Virus record (IMG/VR): IMGVR_UViG_3300047545_000063
Coordinates: 1-45,571 of that record
Length of the DNA stretch: 45,571 nt
Direction: 5' to 3' (one strand)
Source of the DNA: a virus
Taxonomy: Duplodnaviria > Caudoviricetes
Below, one piece after another: positions 20,801 to 29,709 of this stretch (its first letter is position 1; each line of letters starts with the position of its first letter). The notes beneath the pieces are model-generated. The model saw only the letters and a list, made by a program, of their open reading frames with translations, ran no database searches and had not been told where the DNA came from. The position numbers and the translations under genes are program-made.

Positions 20801-21507
20801 TTATCTTTAGACAGATAGTATCCATCCAGATCTTGCTCTCCATAAGCAGACGCAAGAACACCAACATTGTATGGAGATGGTAGCGGTATTGAAGATGGGA
20901 TTTGCTCTGGAGTACGACCCAAAGATGTAGCGTTAAACTCTTCTGATCTTTGACCAAAGGTGATTCCATTCAGCATAAACTCGTTTGCAGAGTCACCGCC
21001 AGAATACTCGATCTCGACTAGCAAATTAAAGTCCACGTCGTCATCTGGTAGCTTAAAGGTTTGAGAGGCAAAGGTCCACTTATTGGCAGATGGTATATCA
21101 AAGAATTCTTTGGTGTCTATGGTTTGTCCAGAAGTTGGATCCTCATAGGTATATCCAAGGTAAAATCCTAGGACATATTCTGTCTTTGAGTATATATAGG
21201 AGCCTATGGAAAATGTTCCAATGTCTGAGTTTAAAGATGCCTTGGATATTTGAGGACCTACTAGCCTGGCAGAGGCTGTGACTCCAGCAGATTCCGTATC
21301 GGCTGACACTAGGCTAACCACAGAGTCTAGTGGCTTTGTATTTGGGGTAGCTGTCGTAACTGTTGCATTTGAAACTGTCCATGAGGTAAAGTCACGGTCT
21401 TCTTCTGCAATAAGTGATACATAGTCTGCAGGCTCATCTAGCGACCACATCGCAACTGGATGCTCTGCAAAGATTTTTTCTGCATATAGATTAGAAGGAC
21501 TAGACAT
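17824..21507 (-). CDS. Large minor tail/baseplate protein with LamG/ConA-like domain(s)
   Basis: 1227 aa; AEHPVAMWSLDE N-terminus and YTVEFWLR...LLINGEQV...LDAIAVY are typical of LamG-like tail proteins. Confidence 0.7.
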   Translation of the reverse strand: MSSPSNLYAEKIFAEHPVAMWSLDEPADYVSLIAEEDRDFTSWTVSNATVTTATPNTKPLDSVVSLVSADTESAGVTASARLVGPQISKASLNSDIGTFSIGSYIYSKTEYVLGFYLGYTYEDPTSGQTIDTKEFFDIPSANKWTFASQTFKLPDDDVDFNLLVEIEYSGGDSANEFMLNGITFGQRSEEFNATSLGRTPEQIPSSIPLPSPYNVGVLASAYGEQDLDGYYLSKDNTLLAKNSGMPMVYGASTVTIIYPNDDKPSLIVPSLGFLNDSGKYKSYTVEFWLRAISDTVVPKRIFGPLGSADGLYVDGPFLKLAIGSSVGSHYVGEWGRPMLIDIRYSVSSASLLINGEQVIALSLDEASLDFPDQVVDGKNQEWLGFYAYQDVSPIELDAIAVYSYEVPSVVAKRRWVYGQGVKYPENIEKAYAGTSVVVDYGFAEYSKNQNYPSMSSFNNAIVSNLSTSGRSIAAPEYSLPEVIFQDDKATSQWYEELAELQNEQDSFVTFNTGESASNGYVLFNNINLLLDDTAAVYGIFKIKDALPVSEQVLMLFEDQITLNRFTISLTSNNIEYKLKYGNTESVVYEAWGTDSSDGSIVGDQFTVGFHIKKMTEYFGGNLLSFFGNKSQISLFVGGTKDFTKTFTGNIYTVAFCNERNFSKIESLFGDRGMPIDYENVFDLYTNATMIDAGFYNTELWQYVLDGGSPNDFITSYTIDHTPSYGLILKEYLGRNYLDIAIDGYWEDYIPMRYFAKYVEDSRGEKFYDVDFVQINIDYPAPSMFTEEESTSSWTYADLEREYDGKSYDLLSNHLYTGYENYTDLMEKSAKTYTYNTDFSHVKTYITFQYLDSGVSASAGYFTSTVPAPKTNVIVPGPEWTTTKYEIVNNAIVYMPKNVNIADIAIVTHIEVDIDGIQTSPVVIKKLEYAAQSMSQNSPAKVGSRFGVPMYPFRKSGVYYDYKNSNPFSIYKGATPYLYLNRYSGIEVRGEISNKITRGLYIPINEFKSENFKVIAMQTSLRYDQDFFEYGDTQIFEIQDKANNLIKFYMTPIDKDGKRARVYAVNAKTGSFENGIGFYVNGKIVKDPIITVKEWMMLGISFGNTLEFSNYVGGIRIVGPLLFNNLSFYQSTSLQEVSSVSKRPWLKVKQSGVTALDWFFWNVPTYNWNRVLVLSDITYYGVDPQDLFKAFTGTNKIIAGDNTTFRLKNYRYRTYDAVSWQSQQIKPA

Positions 21508-21546
21508 ATTTCACCATGTATAGTTTACCATATATAGATAAACTAT

Positions 21547-22134
21547 TTAGTCAATGAGGGACCAGAAGCCTGGGGACATGTACTTGGTACCGCTGATGAT
21601 TTTTGTAGACTCATGAAGAAATGGTGGTACTGATGGGAATATGATTACGCTTCCTGCCTTTGGCTTAATCCTGATACCCTGGTTTGGAAAATGAAGTTCG
21701 CCACCCTCATAGTCATCATTAAGATACAGAACAGAGGAAATGTGCTCTACAGTTGGCACTGGTGCAGAGTCTGTATGAGGTCCCATAAAAGCATCTATAA
21801 AGTATTTACTGATGCTTATTGGTGCCTGCTTTCCCATATCAATTCCTTGAGCTTTGCAGTAGTCTCTTGCTGTTACGTCTAGAGCCTCTTTTATAACATC
21901 ATAGACAGCCTTTGTAACGTCATCGGCATAGTCATAGCTCTGGTGGTTTGTCATCTTCCTTGCGCCAAATAGGAAGGTAGAGTTGTCGCTTGCATGCCAT
22001 GAATGCCAAGAAGATATTAGCGAGTTTTCTGAAAGGGTATCATCTAGGTGATCGATTGCGTAGACCACGCTGGCTGGATTGGCTATGACATTTTCATAGT
22101 AAAAGATCTTATCTGCGTAGATAGTCTTTTTCAC
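21547..22134 (-). CDS. 2OG-Fe(II) oxygenase, prolyl-4-hydroxylase-like
   Basis: HTD...LYLNDDYEGGELHFP...HES...GTKY. Likely start GTG 22134; the longer ORF-track start overlaps the upstream gene. Confidence 0.9.
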   Translation of the reverse strand: MKKTIYADKIFYYENVIANPASVVYAIDHLDDTLSENSLISSWHSWHASDNSTFLFGARKMTNHQSYDYADDVTKAVYDVIKEALDVTARDYCKAQGIDMGKQAPISISKYFIDAFMGPHTDSAPVPTVEHISSVLYLNDDYEGGELHFPNQGIRIKPKAGSVIIFPSVPPFLHESTKIISGTKYMSPGFWSLID

Positions 22135-22138
22135 ACTA

Positions 22139-22867
22139 CTATGCAAGCTTGTTTCCATTCTCCCACTGCTCTCTTTGTTTTGCTTGCTCTGCCCGAACTC
22201 TAGCAAACTCGTCTTCCCATTCTTGTCGCCTTTCATCAGAATACTCTGCGTCAGCGAAGTCCCAGAAGGACACCATGGTGTACCTTTGCCCACTAGTTAT
22301 TTCCTTTACGCCATGAATATTTTCTATGCCACCTGGGAATACATAGTATGAGCACGAACTAGGCTTAATCTCTATGTTGTGATCTGGAAAGTATAGCTCG
22401 CCACCGCCATAATTATCATTTAGGTAAAGTATTCCAACATATTTATTTATTTCAAATGCGTTCGGAGTTCCATGAGTATCGGAATTGTCTGAGTGTGGGT
22501 TGGCAAATCCACCAACGTCCCACTTCTGTGCATGTGAGGTATTTGGTCTAACATCTCTGTCGAAGATAGCCTCTACGTGCTTCTTAAAGGATTCTCGGAG
22601 TTCCTCGAAGAACATTCCTGAAAGACCGTGGTTCGCTAGAAGTGGGTCATTTGGAAGCAGTCCCATGCCAGATGATCCGTAAAAAGCTATATTGCCCCAA
22701 TCAGATGATTTTGCATCGAAGTATGCGATCATGCTTTTTGCAATTTCTGGTGAAATGAAGTTAGGCACCTCTACAATTCGGTTGTCAGTGATACCTAGGT
22801 TACTGTCAACTACTGGTGTGTCCTTGTAATATATAAAGGATGACTTATCTACAGGCTTTACAAACAT
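22139..22867 (-). CDS. 2OG-Fe(II) oxygenase, prolyl-4-hydroxylase-like
   Basis: HSD...LYLNDNYGGGELYFP...HGV...GQRY. Confidence 0.92.
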   Translation of the reverse strand: MFVKPVDKSSFIYYKDTPVVDSNLGITDNRIVEVPNFISPEIAKSMIAYFDAKSSDWGNIAFYGSSGMGLLPNDPLLANHGLSGMFFEELRESFKKHVEAIFDRDVRPNTSHAQKWDVGGFANPHSDNSDTHGTPNAFEINKYVGILYLNDNYGGGELYFPDHNIEIKPSSCSYYVFPGGIENIHGVKEITSGQRYTMVSFWDFADAEYSDERRQEWEDEFARVRAEQAKQREQWENGNKLA

Positions 22868-22876
22868 TGCAATCTA

Positions 22877-23527
22877 CTATGCCTCTAGGTGTTTGGTGAT
22901 TGTCCAAAAGAATGGGCATGTATATCTAATGCCAGACTCTAGGACAGTTACTCCGTGTACGTAGTTCATATCTCCTGGGAAGAAGTATACGGCACCCTTC
23001 TTTGGCTTAAACTGCATTCCTTGATTTGGAAAGTACAGCTCTCCGCCTTCGTAGTCATCATTCAAATAAATAATAGTTGCTATGTCATACCAGGGGAATC
23101 CGTTTGGCTTACCAGCGTCGTCGCCAACATGAAGCTCCTTATCTGCGTGTGGCATCTGGAGCTGACCAGGAAGCCATCTGACTAGAGCTGGTGACGTTGG
23201 GTCTGCCTCTACATTAAAGAATTTTTCAATTTCTGGCTTTAGTCTAAGAACAATCTTTTGAATGAGTTCTACTATCGATGGATCTGCTCTTAGCAAGGTT
23301 GGGGTTGTCGCTACTCTATCTTGCCAATATGTTGACTCATAGATTACAGTTCCTTCGTCATTATACTTAGTTTCGGTAAAGTCCCACTGATCGTTACCTC
23401 TAATAAACTGGCTTAGAGTTTCTACTTCGTCATCGGTCAAAAAAGGCTCAATGCCACCAATCATCTCTGGTCCTTGACCAAAGAATCCTGATGGCGTAAT
23501 TGAGACTGGGTGTCTGTGTTCTGTCAT
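22877..23527 (-). CDS. 2OG-Fe(II) oxygenase, prolyl-4-hydroxylase-like
   Basis: HAD...IYLNDDYEGGELYFP...HGV...GIRY. Confidence 0.92.
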   Translation of the reverse strand: MTEHRHPVSITPSGFFGQGPEMIGGIEPFLTDDEVETLSQFIRGNDQWDFTETKYNDEGTVIYESTYWQDRVATTPTLLRADPSIVELIQKIVLRLKPEIEKFFNVEADPTSPALVRWLPGQLQMPHADKELHVGDDAGKPNGFPWYDIATIIYLNDDYEGGELYFPNQGMQFKPKKGAVYFFPGDMNYVHGVTVLESGIRYTCPFFWTITKHLEA

Positions 23528-23541
23528 ATATTAATTATACA

Positions 23542-24270
23542 CTATTCATACTTACGACGTTCCCAGACATCCCTCTGATATACCCCACCGTCTGGAATGC
23601 GGTACTTCTCAGCGTTCTTCATATTCTTTTCTCTGATAACTTCTGACTCAGTAATATACTGATATTCAGATGTCCAGCTTTCTCTCTTAAATGGCATAAT
23701 CTGTGCATAGGCTGTGCCTGCTGGAATTACACCAGTCCATCCTGCCTGTAGGAAGAATGGCATAGTTCCTGGTAGGTTTACCTTGTCATTGTCAACAATG
23801 CCTGCGGTTGTTAGGAATGGAAGCTCGAACCTATTTAGTGGCTGAGTGTAGATTGCGCTATACCCCTCTGGAAGCTCAACAGCCCAGTCTGACCACCAAG
23901 CAAAGTGAACTGGGTTGTACCCATAGGGAACTGGAAACTGTGGCATTTCTGCACGTGGCATCACAAAGTGCGAATACTTTGGATCATCGATCTTAACCGA
24001 CAGTTGACCGTTCTCACCAACATAGAATTCAATATCGCATGGGGTCTTGTACACATATCCGCTGCCCATGATATCGTAAATTGCTGGACAAGCCTTCCAG
24101 GTCGGGATCTTTCCGCCGTCTGGTCCTACCCAATGCTCTCCATCTGGTCTCATCGCAAAACGATCTGCGTTTCTATACCAGTCTGGAATAGTCTTTAATA
24201 CTGGTCCTGGCTTTGATGGACTATCTTCGTTTAACCATGACTTATTAGATACAAACTTAATTGATTGCAT
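23542..24270 (-). CDS. Uncharacterised protein related to its DUF6065-like neighbour
   Basis: TWKACPAIYDIMGSGY and IPAGTAYAQIMPF parallel AYHCFP...GW and IPAGTPIAAILPI in 24270-24977; no HxD...H triad. Confidence 0.6.
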   Translation of the reverse strand: MQSIKFVSNKSWLNEDSPSKPGPVLKTIPDWYRNADRFAMRPDGEHWVGPDGGKIPTWKACPAIYDIMGSGYVYKTPCDIEFYVGENGQLSVKIDDPKYSHFVMPRAEMPQFPVPYGYNPVHFAWWSDWAVELPEGYSAIYTQPLNRFELPFLTTAGIVDNDKVNLPGTMPFFLQAGWTGVIPAGTAYAQIMPFKRESWTSEYQYITESEVIREKNMKNAEKYRIPDGGVYQRDVWERRKYE

Positions 24271-24977
24271 TACTTTTCCTCTGTAGTCTTTAGAATAATC
24301 TTCTTTGCTTCGTGCTTGCCAACAGTTTCTCCTAGGTGATCCTTAGCATCTCTATAGAAGTGTGTCCAATCTCCACGAGAGTTCTTTTCCTGAGCTGCTT
24401 CGCCACGAGCTTGCATATACTCGTTTCTTTCTGGAGTATATAGTTCGTTAGCTGGCTTAATCACCATTTCGAATGACTGTACGTCTGTCAGGGATATTGG
24501 CAGGATTGCTGCTATTGGAGTACCAGCTGGAATCACGATCTCTTCGTTAGCCTTGGTAACCATCCATGCTACAGCAAGCTCTCCTGGTAGAACAGAAGTG
24601 CTTACAAGAGTTGTAATGCACTGCGTTCCATCAATAAACTGATTTGGAACTGGCATGGTCAGGATGGTTATATTTTCATCTGCCTTAAAGGTAAATCCTG
24701 TATTAAAGCTAATAGTTCTATTTCCACGGTATGAGTGAACATAGCTGCCACCACTAAGAATCTTTATGTGATCTGCCCTAGAATCATTGATACCGTCCCA
24801 GATAAAGCGAATATCCTCTTTAAAAGATATTCCCCAACCTAGTCGGTTAGCAAGAGATATTGGAAAGCAGTGATAGGCGTGTCTATCAAACGTAAAGTCC
24901 ATCCAGTCACGCTTCAGAGGCAGCTGGTCCAGCACACCTATTGTTCCTGGATCTTGATATGCAGTTATCTGTGGCAT
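24270..24977 (-). CDS. DUF6065-like protein
   Basis: RDWMDFTFDRHAYHCFPISLANRLGW and the C-terminal WTHFYR match my recollection of the DUF6065 signature. Confidence 0.65.
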   Translation of the reverse strand: MPQITAYQDPGTIGVLDQLPLKRDWMDFTFDRHAYHCFPISLANRLGWGISFKEDIRFIWDGINDSRADHIKILSGGSYVHSYRGNRTISFNTGFTFKADENITILTMPVPNQFIDGTQCITTLVSTSVLPGELAVAWMVTKANEEIVIPAGTPIAAILPISLTDVQSFEMVIKPANELYTPERNEYMQARGEAAQEKNSRGDWTHFYRDAKDHLGETVGKHEAKKIILKTTEEK

Positions 24978-25672
24978 TAGTCACCAGTCTCTTGGTAGAA
25001 ACCTTCTCTGTGATACTTTGCTGAGTAGTCAAGCATAGTAACGATTGAGTACTTGGTTCCTGAGTGTACTGGCATTGCTCTGTGTGGATACATAAAGTTA
25101 GATGGGAAGAGATACAGATCTCCTGCCTTTGGCTTAATATTCAGATTCTGCAACCTAAAGAAAAGCTCTCCGCCTTCATAGTCATCATTTGGGTATGACA
25201 CTGCAGAAAGAATGCAGTTATATGAATAGCCATTGTCGTGATGCTCTTGGAAGTGCTGACCTGGACCATACTTGATAAAATTCATAGCTTCCCAGTAGCG
25301 CAGCTCTCCAATATTGTAAGACTTGCAGTAGTGCTTTACAGCCTGTAGCTGTCTAAAGTATACGTCATCCCAAACCTGCTGTAGTTTTAGAGATGCTTCT
25401 GACTGGTCTCCAGAGATATCCGTCTTCTTGAACTTAAAGTCTTGGCAGTCACGGTACTCTGGCATTCTCATACCATAACCGACCTTTGCTTCACTGTAGG
25501 CATAGTTATTTGATGGATCGTCAAGGACTTCTTCTAGCCTCTGAATGATCTCCATGTCTTTTGGCAGAACGTCTCTATAAACTACGATACCGCTGCCGAA
25601 GTCCTCTACGGATGACCATGTCTGCTCTTCAATTTCATAGTACTTCTGTATTCTGTCGTGAATATTTTCCAT
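24977..25672 (-). CDS. 2OG-Fe(II) oxygenase, prolyl-4-hydroxylase-like
   Basis: HHD...YPNDDYEGGELFF...HRA...GTKY. Confidence 0.92.
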   Translation of the reverse strand: MENIHDRIQKYYEIEEQTWSSVEDFGSGIVVYRDVLPKDMEIIQRLEEVLDDPSNNYAYSEAKVGYGMRMPEYRDCQDFKFKKTDISGDQSEASLKLQQVWDDVYFRQLQAVKHYCKSYNIGELRYWEAMNFIKYGPGQHFQEHHDNGYSYNCILSAVSYPNDDYEGGELFFRLQNLNIKPKAGDLYLFPSNFMYPHRAMPVHSGTKYSIVTMLDYSAKYHREGFYQETGD

Positions 25673-25683
25673 TTTACTATTCC

Positions 25684-26415
25684 TTAATATGATAGTTCGT
25701 TGTCTGATTCTCGGTAGTTGTAGTTTCGCAAGTTGCCCCTTGAGTTATAGTCTGTCATAACTACGATTGCATACTTGGTACCTGAGATCATATCTTGTGA
25801 TGCGTGTTCATAAACGTATGTTGATGGGAACACAACAACATCGCCAGCCTGTGGCTTGATGGTTAGGTCGAATCGTGGGAAGTAAATCTCTCCACCTTCG
25901 TAGTCGTCATTAATGTATGCCACTACAGATACGGTAGTAACATAGGCTGGTCCATGGTCAGCGTGGATCTTGAAGTGTGTTCCTGGTCCATCGTACTTTA
26001 CAAAGTTAAATGCCTCGAAATACTGGATACCAACACCCCAAGATGTTGAGTAGTGATTTGTGCAGTTCTTGATCTTCTGAAAGGCATTCTCATGCATTTC
26101 ATACAGTGCAGAGTTCTGCTCATTGACTGGTCCTAGGGATCCTCTACGAATCTTAAAGTCTAGGCAGTTTCTAGCTGAGGACACAACCTGATCGGATTCA
26201 GTAACCATGGCACCAGACCACGAATACTGGGTCTGACCATTTAAGGTATTCTCTAGAACAGCAATATAGCTGTCACCATCTTCTTTTGAAATAGCATTAC
26301 GGTAGATATTAATACCTAATGCAGGATTGATGACAGTAATGCCATTCCCAATTTCTCGATCTGGCTTTCTGTTCTTGTCTGTTTCGCTTCTATCTAATTC
26401 AAACCAATTTGTCAT
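25684..26415 (-). CDS. 2OG-Fe(II) oxygenase, prolyl-4-hydroxylase-like
   Basis: HAD...YINDDYEGGEIYFP...HAS...GTKY. Confidence 0.92.
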   Translation of the reverse strand: MTNWFELDRSETDKNRKPDREIGNGITVINPALGINIYRNAISKEDGDSYIAVLENTLNGQTQYSWSGAMVTESDQVVSSARNCLDFKIRRGSLGPVNEQNSALYEMHENAFQKIKNCTNHYSTSWGVGIQYFEAFNFVKYDGPGTHFKIHADHGPAYVTTVSVVAYINDDYEGGEIYFPRFDLTIKPQAGDVVVFPSTYVYEHASQDMISGTKYAIVVMTDYNSRGNLRNYNYRESDNELSY

Positions 26416-26437
26416 GCATCAATTATAACATAACCGA

Positions 26438-27205
26438 TTAGCATGGGCAACCCTTGGTGCATTCTGGGCAGAAGAATGGACCAAAGCTTGGGAAGAATGG
26501 TGGGAAGTAAGGTGGGAAGTAAGGAAAGTATGGTGGGAAGAATGGGAAGTATGGAGGAAAGAACGGTCCAAAGCTTGGGAAGAATGGGAAGAATGGTGGG
26601 AAAAATGGTGCCTGCGTCGTGACGCTGTTAGAGTTTGCAGAGTATACACCATTACCATTAGCGTTTTCTGCACGTACTTGATAGGTCTGAGCAGTGTTAG
26701 CCTCTTGAGTAACAACTACTGATGTAGAGGTAGTTGTGCCAGTCTTTCCGTCAGACGATGTCCAGCGATAGGTGCTAATTGCCTTACCGCCATTGTTTGG
26801 GATATTCCAAGAAACAGTGTCCTGGTTTACACCTGCGGTAGCAGTTGGCGCACCAATTGTTGCTGGGACAGTCGTGGCAGTTACCGATGATGAAGCTGAC
26901 GAAGCTGAAGATGTTCCATAAGCATTTGTGGCAGTAACAGTAAATGTATAGCCTGTATTGCTAGATAAACCAGTCACTACAATTGGAGAAGATGATCCAG
27001 TTGCTGTGTGGTTTCCAGATGAAGTTACGGTATATGAGGTAGCTGCAGGTGATCCAGATGGCAATGAGAATGATACAGATACGGCACCGTCATTGTAGGC
27101 ACGGTTAGTTCCAACATCAGTACCAGAAACGCTAATAGGCGTTAGTGGTGGAATGAAGTCATTTTGTGCTAGTGACTTTTTGCCTGCTCTTTTATTCTGT
27201 GCCAT
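26438..27205 (-). CDS. Two fibronectin type III domains plus a Pro/Phe-rich tail and Cys cap; putative fibre-tip protein
   Basis: FN3 motifs (VTGLSSNTGYTFTVTATNAYG; TYQVRAENANG), then a 47-aa tract with 18 Pro, 20 Phe and 4 Tyr, then CPECTKGCPC. Confidence 0.85.
   Translation of the reverse strand: MAQNKRAGKKSLAQNDFIPPLTPISVSGTDVGTNRAYNDGAVSVSFSLPSGSPAATSYTVTSSGNHTATGSSSPIVVTGLSSNTGYTFTVTATNAYGTSSASSASSSVTATTVPATIGAPTATAGVNQDTVSWNIPNNGGKAISTYRWTSSDGKTGTTTSTSVVVTQEANTAQTYQVRAENANGNGVYSANSNSVTTQAPFFPPFFPFFPSFGPFFPPYFPFFPPYFPYFPPYFPPFFPSFGPFFCPECTKGCPC
26471..26611 (-). repeat. Coding low-complexity repeat (PFF/PPFF/PPYF/PSFG units)
   Basis: Recurring GGGAAGAATGG / GGGAAGTA units on the + strand, with synonymous variation. 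Confidence 0.9.
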
Positions 27206-27218
27206 CTTCTATACCTTC

Positions 27219-29246
27219 CTATGCCGTTAGGTCTCCATAGACAACCCAAGTGTTTGCAGCTCTCTTGAATAGAGTTGCAGATGACCACTGGGTTCTAAGC
27301 TTTAGTCCTGGAGTAGAGTTTACTGTAACTCCACCTGCCCCTGCAATGGTCACTTGACCAGTGCTAGTTTGAAGAATATCGATAGATGTTCCTACTGGGA
27401 AGCTCAGAGTTCCATCTGCTGGAATGGTAATAGTTGTACTTGAGCCTGAACTAACCTCGATTAGGGAGTCTCTTTCGGTCAGGGATGATAGGGTGTACGA
27501 CGCTGTCTTCTGTACAATTGGTGTGATTGACGGAACACCCTGCTTGGACTGAGTTCCGTCTGTAAAATCTACAGAACCTGTAGAGATTGACTCTACTGCT
27601 ATGGGGGCTAGCGCAAATGACGCATGTGATGTATCAATGAATACGGATTCGTCTGGCTCTGGCACGTAGCCATCGAAGATCTTGAATACGCCGTCGGTAG
27701 CATCTCTGAAGAATCCAGTGTGTGCATAAGAGCCGTCGTAGCGTCCTGCTGCCCAGCCTAGGTCTGGATTTGAGTGAACCTTTCCTCTAGCAGAACCACC
27801 GCTAACATATGTGTCCGTATTGCTGCTGAGAATTGTAAATGTGGTAGCTGTAACAGACTGAATCTCTACACCACCTGCATTTACGTTAAATGAAGTTGGG
27901 GTAACTCCAGTGACTGTGACGAAGTCTCCTGCAGAGTATCCGTGATCGTCTGAAGTTGTATAGGTAACCGAGGTTCCGTTTCCAGTCGCTGCAGTAATGG
28001 TAGACAGACCTGCCTGATTTAGGTAAATCATGTTGTCTTTTATAGTTAGGTCACTAGCACTGACAGTTGTTGTGGTGCCCTGAACGTACAAGTTTCCAGT
28101 TATAGTTACGTTACCTGCTTCGACATCCCCAGTAAATGTTGCTCCCGATAGATTAGCCTTAAGGTCTAGAGCGGTCTGAGTTGCATCTGAGATTGGCTTG
28201 TTTGCATCTGAGGTGTTCTCTACGTTACCTAGACCAACCATATCCTTTGTAATACCAGCAACTGTGCCAGTAAAGGTTGGGCTATTGATTGGTGCCTTTG
28301 CATTTAGCTGAGTTTGGATAGCAGAAGTTACTCCATCAAGATAGCCGATTTCTGTTCCAGTAACATCTCCGATGTTTGTAGTTGCAGGAAGGTCAGCAAC
28401 GCCTGTAAATACTGGGTCATTGATAGGTGCGTAGGTGCTAGCTGCGACAGTAGACGCAAGCTTTGCATCAATCTGAGTCTGGATGCTTCCAGTAACACCA
28501 TTTAGGGTTAGGATCTCAGCAGCTGAGACATCTCCAATATTTGTAGTTGTTGGCAGAACTACGTTACCAGAGAATGTTGGGCTAGCTACGTCTGCCTTAG
28601 ATGTCTCGTGAGTGGTAACTGTGTTATATGCGTAAGTGGCATCTGACTCAATATTATTAAGTTGGTCCTGAATGCTGGATGTGACACCATTCAGGTAGCC
28701 GATCTCTGTACCAGTTACGTCACCTATTGACGTTGTTGCTGGCAAGACAACAGTTCCAGAAAACTCTGTGTCTTCCAGGATGTCTGCAGATAGATCTGAT
28801 ATAGCAGTTGACAATGCCTCTGCTGTGATCAGCTGAGATAGCTCTGACCAGTTCTGGTCACCCATACCGATCTTTACTTGGTCATTGGTTGAATTGTAAG
28901 CTACAGTACCTACTGGAATGTCTGTAGTGTATGCTGTCCACTCTGAGTCTGTCTTTGACAATACCCCAGCTTTTGCAGCTAGGGAGTTCGTTACGGTTGT
29001 TGCAAAGTTTGCGTCGTCGCCTAGAGCAGCAGCTAATTCATTTAGGGTATCTAGTGCTCCAGGAGCACCTGCTACAATGGCATCTAGGTTAGTAAAGTAT
29101 GGCAGGGTAGACCAAGCACTTGAACCATCACCAATCTTAAATTTGCTGGTATCTGTTTCAAAACCAATCTCTCCAGCTGCAAGCACTGGGTTAGCAGTAG
29201 TCCACTGAGAGGCTGTACCTCTGCGTTGCTGCATTCTAGTTGCCAT
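27219..29246 (-). CDS. Tail fibre protein
   Basis: Mtd-N/hyaluronidase-like N-terminus (RRGTASQWTTANPVLAAGEIGFETDT), LDTLNELAAALGDD motif, three LPxTTxIGDV...LxGVT repeats and a C-terminal ...WVVYGDLTA domain. Confidence 0.85.
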   Translation of the reverse strand: MATRMQQRRGTASQWTTANPVLAAGEIGFETDTSKFKIGDGSSAWSTLPYFTNLDAIVAGAPGALDTLNELAAALGDDANFATTVTNSLAAKAGVLSKTDSEWTAYTTDIPVGTVAYNSTNDQVKIGMGDQNWSELSQLITAEALSTAISDLSADILEDTEFSGTVVLPATTSIGDVTGTEIGYLNGVTSSIQDQLNNIESDATYAYNTVTTHETSKADVASPTFSGNVVLPTTTNIGDVSAAEILTLNGVTGSIQTQIDAKLASTVAASTYAPINDPVFTGVADLPATTNIGDVTGTEIGYLDGVTSAIQTQLNAKAPINSPTFTGTVAGITKDMVGLGNVENTSDANKPISDATQTALDLKANLSGATFTGDVEAGNVTITGNLYVQGTTTTVSASDLTIKDNMIYLNQAGLSTITAATGNGTSVTYTTSDDHGYSAGDFVTVTGVTPTSFNVNAGGVEIQSVTATTFTILSSNTDTYVSGGSARGKVHSNPDLGWAAGRYDGSYAHTGFFRDATDGVFKIFDGYVPEPDESVFIDTSHASFALAPIAVESISTGSVDFTDGTQSKQGVPSITPIVQKTASYTLSSLTERDSLIEVSSGSSTTITIPADGTLSFPVGTSIDILQTSTGQVTIAGAGGVTVNSTPGLKLRTQWSSATLFKRAANTWVVYGDLTA

Positions 29247-29305
29247 AGTTTAAATTCTCCTAATGGGGTTTACCCATATTTATATATCTTATTATAACAT
29301 AAATA

Positions 29306-29686
29306 TTAAACTGAACCAGCATCGAGGGAGTATTCGAACTCTTCGCTATACGCTCCGCCACCATCGATGGTGCTCTCGAACGAAGCTTGGCTTGGGGTTC
29401 CTCCGTCTGGATAAGATGATATCTGTCCAACTACGAACCAGACACCACCATAATAAACTTTTAGCTGTTCGCTATCCATGTCTAGCCATATAAAACCATT
29501 TGATGGATTTTGTGGCACAGAATAATCTGCATATGCTTCACGACCTGCTAGGGCATCTACATATGACTTTGTTGTTGCATGCGAAGAAGACGTAGGAGTG
29601 CCAACAACGACTGGTCCACCAAATGAACCACCCTCTGCGACTTGGATTCCATTTTTTACTTTGAAATCTTTGCTTGTTGTTGACAC
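29306..29686 (-). CDS. Minor tail/fibre-associated protein
   Basis: KDFKVKNG N-terminus shared with 29710-31215 (KDFRIKAG); HATTKSYVD and PSNGFIWLD fibre motifs. Confidence 0.7.
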   Translation of the reverse strand: MSTTSKDFKVKNGIQVAEGGSFGGPVVVGTPTSSSHATTKSYVDALAGREAYADYSVPQNPSNGFIWLDMDSEQLKVYYGGVWFVVGQISSYPDGGTPSQASFESTIDGGGAYSEEFEYSLDAGSV

Positions 29687-29709
29687 TTCCTACCTTCTTA
29701 CGTTATCTA

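Noticed and set aside
21547-26415. Oxygenases read as TET/JBP or AlkB DNA-modifying enzymes
   Set aside because: Motifs (YLNDDYEGGE, distal K/R-Y) fit the P4H-like group, and the neighbours are virion genes rather than nucleotide metabolism genes. Not formally excluded.
27219-29246. Diversity-generating retroelement suggested by the Mtd-like N-terminus
   Set aside because: That N-terminal domain is common in fibres; I saw no reverse transcriptase or TR/VR pair.
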